Assembly: GCF_009914755.1 (NCBI RefSeq)
Contig: NC_060940.1
Reading direction: 5' to 3' (one strand)
DNA length: 64,000 bases
From: the human T2T-CHM13v2.0 reference genome, Homo sapiens
Both the position numbers and the translations under genes were made by a program. The notes under the pieces were generated by a model, which saw only the letters and a program-made list of their open reading frames with translations, did not search any database and was not told the DNA's origin. Of this stretch, positions 55,990-64,000 are shown in pieces. Position 1 is the stretch's first letter; each line of letters opens with the position of its first letter.

Positions 55990-56833
55990 GCCCATGGAGG
56001 CTGCACTCCAAAGGTGGAGCGATAGCATAGTGTAACATGATTTTTGAGATGTGTGAAGAGGTCAAATCCACAGAAACTGAGGGCCGTGATCAGACATCAC
56101 CAACTGTAGTCAACCACATGTTAAAGTTGAATTGTTCCGTCTTCTGTTTTCCACATCCACCTTCTTCCGTCCACCCTTTCCTGAAGGTCCGTGTGAGGCC
56201 TGACCTTGCTTTGATTCTTGCAGTCCTCTTCTAACTGTGCCCCTTTGCCTCCACTTCCTGCCTGCACCCTTGCATCTCCTATCTGTGACTTTTAAAGAAA
56301 GTAAATCTCAACATTCCTCAGGGCTCCCTATGACGTAAATTCCAAGCTTCTCTGTGTGACCTCAAGTCATTTCTGATCTGGTGCCTTATCCTGCAGCCAC
56401 AGCCCCTGCCACTTCCTCCTTTCACGACTATCTTATCACAGCTGTCCTGTTATTTGTGATTCTCCCAACATCCCTCAGGAACATTTGCCTTCCTTGAAGT
56501 CCTTTTTCTTCGGGTCCTTTCCAGAGTCAGAGTGGGCTTTTCTTGACATCCTTATGGGAAAGGGACAACTCATTCCTTTGCCTTTCCACCCCACTTGCGT
56601 TCCACCCCTAGGTTGCTACACATTCCCCTAGAGGGCTTTTGTTTGTCCACCTGAGTATCTTCTTCCCACTGGTCTCTGGGGTCACAGGGGGCAAAGACCT
56701 CACCTCACTCATCTTGGTCTCTGGCTCTGAGCACAGCACCCTGACACCATCATAAGCTGTAACTACAAATTCAATGGAATTAGTATGAAGGTAAGGAGCC
56801 AGCAGGTTCTGGTGGCTCACTGAGGCATTACTG

Positions 56834-57128
56834 TTCTTGTTTTTGAGATGGAGTCTCACTCTGTTGCCCAGGCTGGAGTACAGTGGTACGATGTTTGCTT
56901 AATGCAACCTCAGCCTCCTAGGTACAAGCAATTGATTCTCCTGCCTCAGCCTCCTGAGTAGCTGGGATTACAGGCGTGCGCCACCACGCCTGGCTAATTT
57001 TTGTATTTTTAGTAGGCACGGGGTTTCACCATTTTGGCCAGGCTGATCCTGAACTCCTGACCTCAAGTGATCCACCCGCCTCAGCTTCCCAAAGTGCTGG
57101 GATTACAGATGTGAACCACTGTGCCCAG
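56834..57128 (-). mobile_element. AluSz-like
   Basis: TSD TGAGGCATT(A/G)CTGTT. Confidence 0.93.
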
Positions 57129-57182
57129 TTTGAGGCATTGCTGTTTAAGGGGCCAGAGAGACCACAATAGGCACAGAGGCTG

Positions 57183-57272
57183 AGACAACATGGGTGGTAC
57201 CATGTAGACAACATGTAGACAACATGGGTACCATGTAGACAACATGTAGACAACATGGGTGGTGCCATGTAG
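57183..57272. repeat. Compound minisatellite (11-nt CATGTAGACAA subunit within a 31-34-nt unit)
   Basis: agacaacatgggt(ggt)accatgtagacaacatgt about 2.7 copies. Confidence 0.9.
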
Positions 57273-57314
57273 GCTCATCCCTCCATGATTTGCTGGAAGA
57301 ACTAAGACGGCAGT

Positions 57315-57555
57315 AGGAGAAGTGGATAAAATAATGTCTGTGGAGTCAGACTGCAAGGGTTCAAATCCCAGCCCTGCCATTCACCAGCCAGATGACCTTG
57401 GTCAATGTACGTAATGCCTCTGTGCCTCATTTTATGCACCTGCACAGTGGAGGTAATAATAGTGCCTGCCTCATAGGATTTTCCAGAGGATTGAATAAGA
57501 TAATCTTTGAGAGTATTCCAGTACATGGTAAACTCTCGCACCATATTAACTATTG
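57315..57555 (+). mobile_element. MIR, near full length
   Basis: ggagtcagactgcaagggttcaaatccca...tgaccttgg...tctgtgcctca...cataggatt. Confidence 0.85.
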
Positions 57556-58630
57556 CAGTATGGTGTTATTATTATTATGAATATCTAATACAGTTAATAT
57601 CTTTGTACGTAGGAGTTTTAGCAGGCAGGTGTGAATGGCACTTTTGAAGATGCAGAGACAGATTTATCCTTATACTCCTAATATTTATCCTCAAAGACAC
57701 TATTTAACTCATTCAAAAATATTTACTCTTTTTTAAAGACCGCTTTCAGCTCCTTTTTATACAAAAAAAAGGAATTCTATCCTCATTCTAGCAATAGTAG
57801 CCTAAAGAAAATCTTATTACACTCATTATCTTAAATTAAGGTAATTGAAAACCACTGTTTAAGAGTAGACCCCAAATGTATCATAAAATTAATTCAATTA
57901 TAAATAACAAGAATTGACTGTACTTGAATGTGCATGAAGTATAGAATCATAGTGGAACATTTAAGAAATATGTCCTTATCTTGTTACTATGGCTACATGT
58001 TACTCCAAGATACAGTAGTTCTATGGTAAGGTTGGAATTACATTATTTCCTCTCTATATTGAAATATTCAGCAACTAATTTCCTGTAGCTTCATAGTAAA
58101 TCATGCTAATGACCTCAGAGGTGGAAACCAAGGTGGTGAGACTTTCTCCCTGCTCTAAGGTTATTCCATTAAACAAAGCAGAGAATACACATTTATACTC
58201 ATTTGATCAGGAAGCATAAGGAAGCTTATAATGAGAAAGACATGGCAATGACATCTCATGAGGCGATGTTAACTTTAAACTCAAGTATTTAATATTATTT
58301 ATTCATTGCGTCCATGATAGGATCACAACAGTGAGAAAACTAGAGATTCATATGGGCAGGAACTGAGAGGGGATATGGTACAATTGAATTCAATTCCACA
58401 AGTAATTCATGGAAACTTATCATGTGCTAGGTACGTATTAGGTAGGATACCCCCATACCCTATTCTTTGTCTACTGAAATTATTATAATATTTTTGTGTA
58501 TATCACTAAACATTCAAAACAGTGGGAATAATGAAGAAAGGAAGTTACACTGGTTTCTAAAAGCCCTATCATCAGTAGCAATTTCTCAAAAGCTCTTCAT
58601 GACATCCTAGAGACATCAAAGCATTGGAAG

Positions 58631-58836
58631 CACTGGGGTGCTGGGGCTGGCTCACGGCATCTTGCACCAGCGGTACATATCTCTTCCAAACTCTGTATTC
58701 AGCGATGTCTTGTTGGTAGTTGAAGTCCACCATGATGGTAATATTTACACCACAGAAACAAACAAATATTACAAGTCAGGTCTTTTTTTCTTCTTCCCAG
58801 AGAATTGGCTATTAAACAGTTAGCAGCATGCCACTG
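58631..58836. mobile_element. hAT-type non-autonomous element, near full length
   Basis: Degenerate TIRs cactggggtgctg / cagcatgccactg; reverse complement of the 4035 motif. Confidence 0.6.
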
Positions 58837-59188
58837 ATTACAAGCAGCGATGTGAGATTGTATCTTCTTATTTCAAAGACTGCTCTTTCCACTTTATGTG
58901 TTTGTTTCCCTTTCCCAAACCTCTTCCACATTCACCTGTAAGACTGATTTTTGCCTCTCTAGATGAAGGTGAGATAAGAGAGGTTTGTAAGCTTGTCTCT
59001 GTTTACTTCACCCTGAGTCAAGCCACCAACTTCTCTTGCTGGACTTTGTCTGTAACTTTCAAATTAGTCCCTTTGTGTTGATGCTTGCTCCCCTCCAATC
59101 CAATCTCCATCCACCAATGAGAGTGATCTTCTAAAATTGTAAGTCACTTAAGCAAACAGAAGAAAAGTAATAATAATGACATCCCTAA

Positions 59189-59260
59189 TTCTCTCTCTCT
59201 CTGTCTCATGTCTATGTCTATGCCTATGCCTATATCTGTGTCTATATCTCCCTATCCCTA
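59189..59260. repeat. (CT)n followed by CTATGY/CTATAT hexamer-like repeats
   Basis: Read directly. Confidence 0.7.
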
Positions 59261-60575
59261 CCCACTTTTCTCTCCCTTGCTATCATTATCTCTGTCCCCA
59301 ATATATGCTTCTGCACATCTCACATTCTGGCTTTTTCTTATGCTGCTCCCCATAAGACCCTTCACTTCTCTATTGACATCATTTTCACCTTCAACTCCAC
59401 ACTCAGATACTGACTCATACATATGATTGATTCTCACCTGCCTGTGTCTTGTTGATCCAGGTCTCAGCTTAGAAATTACTTCCTCCAGGAAGCTGTCTCC
59501 AAGTCCTGTTCAGATATCTGTCCTTATAGAGCGTTTTTTATCTCACTTACTATACTTTTTGTTGTCTTACCTATTTACTATATGCTTATATAGTAAGCAA
59601 CTCTTAGGAATTAGACAAAAGTTCCCATTTCTGTAAGACAGATTTCCAAAACAGGACAGATGCTTGATGAGGAATGCTTGAGCTGGATTTCAACCTTTTC
59701 TTCCCAAGTATTTTGTGTGGTGAACAACCTGCATGACTGGCCCTTCCCCTTAACCATTTCCATTATAGCATACATTCTGTCATTGTAGCACTTAGATGTG
59801 TATAGCAATCTTTATTATCTGCCTCTGTCCCTGAAGATTATATACCCCATCTTTTTTTTACATTCCCAGTGCATTGTGATCATATATTATTCATCTTTAT
59901 GTGAAACATGGTGACAAGCATATAGTAGGTGTGTACATTTTGCTTGAAGTAAAGTGAAATCAATCTTGTTCCCATACCACTCAACCTTACTACCTTTATT
60001 CACCCAGATACTAATCAGGTACTGCTTCATTCCAGATGCTTAGAAAGATGAGCAAGGCACGGAATATCCCTGTAGGAAACTCGAAGGCCCATCAGAGAGA
60101 CAGACACATAATTGAACAGTGGTGACACAATATGCTCCATGACAAACATGTGTGAGACTAACTGCATTAGAATTCCCTGGCATGCTTTAATGAAGATTTC
60201 CAGACTGTACCTCACACCTAATGAATTAACATATTTGTGCTGCTTCTTCTGTCTTCTCTGTGCCCCTCTTCCCATCGTTTCCAACCAACTCAGCCAGTCA
60301 CTGCTCCCTCCAGCAGGGAATATGCCCCTGTGAAATGTACCTATGGGAGGATAGCCATCATTGGCTAGACCTGGAAACTAGTTATTCTAACCCAGTTAAT
60401 AACAAACCCAGAACAACTGAACCCCTAAAAGGCGGTGGATTTGGACAAGAAGTTCTAGAGAGTATTTGCTAAGAGGTGTTGATATGTTGCAAAGAATCAA
60501 TCACTTATTTTTCAAGGATAGCTTTAAAAAAAAATAAAAGCCCACCTACTTAGTCTATTAGAAATAAAGTCAGTA

Positions 60576-60976
<401 letters not shown>

Positions 60977-61470
60977 TTAGAGGAAAAAAAAGAGCTGAAG
61001 TCTCTGTTGCATGAGAAATACCATTTGTGATTAAACTGCTGTGAAATACATACTCAAAACTGTGGGAAATTCTTGCCACATCTTTCTAAAATTGCTGTTT
61101 GATGTCTTACATGCCAAAATGACTGTGAACTAGTGCTCTCTTGAAAACCACCTAAATGATCCACGACAAGGAAGTCATTAATTAAATAATAAGGTGGATG
61201 TGGACTACTATGCAATCATTAAAAATCTATTCTCAAATAATTTTTAAACATATAGAAAAATGCATAAAAATACTATTAAGGGAAAATATAGGTTATAAAA
61301 CAATATTATAGCATTGTTCTAGTTTTACTAAAAAATCGTGTGTATTCACCAAAATGTTGACAGTAGGGTTTAAAATGGACTGGTACTTAAAGGTGATTCC
61401 TTTACATTTTTTTCTACTTGAAATATTTCTATATTTATTTGACTTCTTCATAATGGCCATGTTTTATTTT

Positions 61471-61593
61471 TAGGGCTGCCATTCAATTGGTCATCCAATC
61501 TGGGACAGGTTTCAGAGTAAAAGAGGAAACCTTAGCAATAATATGGGACTATAGGCAAAAGCAGGACTGTTTTGGACAAACACGCTATGTGGT
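61471..61593 (+). mobile_element. MER94-like (hAT-Blackjack), split at its right TIR
   Basis: tagggctgcc...tcatccaatctgggaca...gggactataggcaaaagcaggactgt. Confidence 0.65.
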
Positions 61594-62746
61594 TGTTACG
61601 GGCTGAATTGCATCCCCCAAAACCCATGTGTTGAAGTCCTAACCTCTGGTCTCTCAGAATGTGGCTTTCCTTGGAAATAGGGTTGTGGCAGATATAATTA
61701 GTTAAGATGGGGTTATACTGAATGATATAGATTGGGTCTTTAATCCAATATGACTGGTGTCCTTAGAAAAAGGAAAAATACGGACATAGACACGCCCACA
61801 AAGAAAGAACACTGTGTGAGCAGGAAAGCAGAGATTGGGATGATGCATCTACAAGGCACGGAATGCCAAGAACAGACAGTAACCACCAAAAGCCGTAACC
61901 GCTTAGTGGGTTCACCTTACCTGCTGCCTACCCAGAGCCAACTTCTCAAGACAGGGGAATTGCAATAGAGAAAAAGTAATTCATGCAGAGCCAGCTGTGT
62001 GGGAGACTGGAGTTTTATTATTACTCCAATCAATTCCCCTGAGCATTTGGGGATCAGAGTTTTTAAAGACAATTTGGTGGGAGGGGAGGGGCAGTGAGTT
62101 GGGGAGTGCTGATTGGTTGGGTCGGAGATGAAATCATGGGGTGTCATGTTCTTCTTGCACTGAGTCAGTTCCTGAGTTGGGGGTCATAAGATCAGATGGG
62201 CCAGTGTCTCTATCTGGGTGGTGCCAGTTGATCCATCAAATGCAGAGTCTGCACAACACCTCAAACAATGACCTTAGGAGCAGTTTAGGGAGGGTCAGTA
62301 TCTTACAGCCTCCAGCTGCATGACTCCTAAACCATAATTTCTAATCTTGTGGCTAATGTTAGTAGTCTAATCCCCAGGCAAGAAAGAGGTTTGTTTCGGG
62401 AAAGGGCTGTTATCACCTTTGTTTTAAACTATAAACTAAGCTCCTCCCAAAGTTAGTTCAGCCTATGCCCAGGAATGAACAGGGACAGTTTGGAGGTTCG
62501 AGGCAAGATGGAGTCACTTAAGTTGGACTGTTTTCACTGTCTCAGTCATAATTTTGCAAAGGCGGTTTCAATCCTATAAGACCAACATACAACAGATTCT
62601 CCCTTAGAGACTCAGAAGGAACCAACCCTGGCATTACCTTGATCTCAGACTTCTAACTTCCAAAACCATGAGACAGGAAATGTCTGTTTAAGCCACTCAC
62701 TTTGTGGCATTTCGGTTTTTTGTGGTAGGCCTAGGAAACTAATACA
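61594..62746 (+). mobile_element. MLT1B-like MaLR solo LTR, interrupted by LTR8
   Basis: tgttacgggctgaattg...aatatgactggtgtcctta; end ggaaactaataca; TSD GTGGT/ATGGT. Confidence 0.85.
61894..62570 (-). mobile_element. LTR8-family (ERV1) solo LTR
   Basis: Reverse complement begins tgaaaccgcctttgcaaaattatgactgagacagtgaaa. Confidence 0.88.
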
Positions 62747-62874
62747 ATGGTCATTGTAGTTATTTTATATTTAGAAATTAAGAGCAATTCTGGAGGTGAG
62801 AGATGGGCAGGAGTAGGGAAGAATGAAGTTCAGTGCAACAAAAGAAGCTTGTTCACTCAACTAAGACTGTAAAC

Positions 62875-63555
<681 letters not shown>

Positions 63556-64000
63556 AAACATTGACTAAGCAACTCTCAGGTACCATGCCAGGATGAAAAA
63601 ATTAATTAGACACAGACCCTGCCAGTGAAGAACTAACATTATACTGTGTACCATTGGCCTTTAAAAGATAAAGATTTTTGGCCCCAGGTGTGTTCTATAT
63701 TTTCTGTAAGACCTGCAAGTAAATGTTAAATGATGTTATTTCAACCGGTTTTTCTGTAGCAAAAATCTTTAAAAGCTCTCATATTCAAAGTGGTTCTTGC
63801 AATCTTGAACTACATGTACAGATATAAAATCTGCCAATTAAAATTTTATGGTTTAGGGAAAAAATCCCCTCTGAAAAATAAACCTAGGTCAATTATTTCA
63901 TTATTTAATTCTCATTTGGAAAATAAGATGTTCAGACATTGAGTTATATTAGAAGGAAGAAAACCACTTCTGTGGGAACAGTCAAATTTATTTCATTTAC

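Overview
Primate (very likely human) genomic DNA lying entirely within the large CDH13 (T-cadherin/H-cadherin) gene on the + strand. The only protein-coding sequence I recognise is one 117-nt exon at 34298-34414 ([39 protein letters not shown]: propeptide end, RQKR convertase site, start of EC1; exon 4 in the usual numbering). The rest is intron, dense in interspersed repeats: 25 Alus, L1PA/PB/M fragments, L2, MIR, MaLR/ERVL/ERV1 solo LTRs and hAT DNA-transposon relics. No ORF in the supplied track is a credible independent gene. The most interesting signals cluster around the exon: (1) an antisense LTR10-family solo LTR about 630 nt downstream with a near-perfect p53 element plus AP-1, E-box and CCAAT motifs; (2) a candidate L1-derived poison exon 320 nt upstream; (3) inverted Alus bracketing the in-frame skippable exon. 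There are also several local duplications, a tandem Alu pair sharing private substitutions, and candidate enhancers. I see no evidence of a wholly new biological system; these are testable regulatory hypotheses. Repeat subfamily names and the edges of old repeats were judged by eye from remembered consensus sequences and are approximate.
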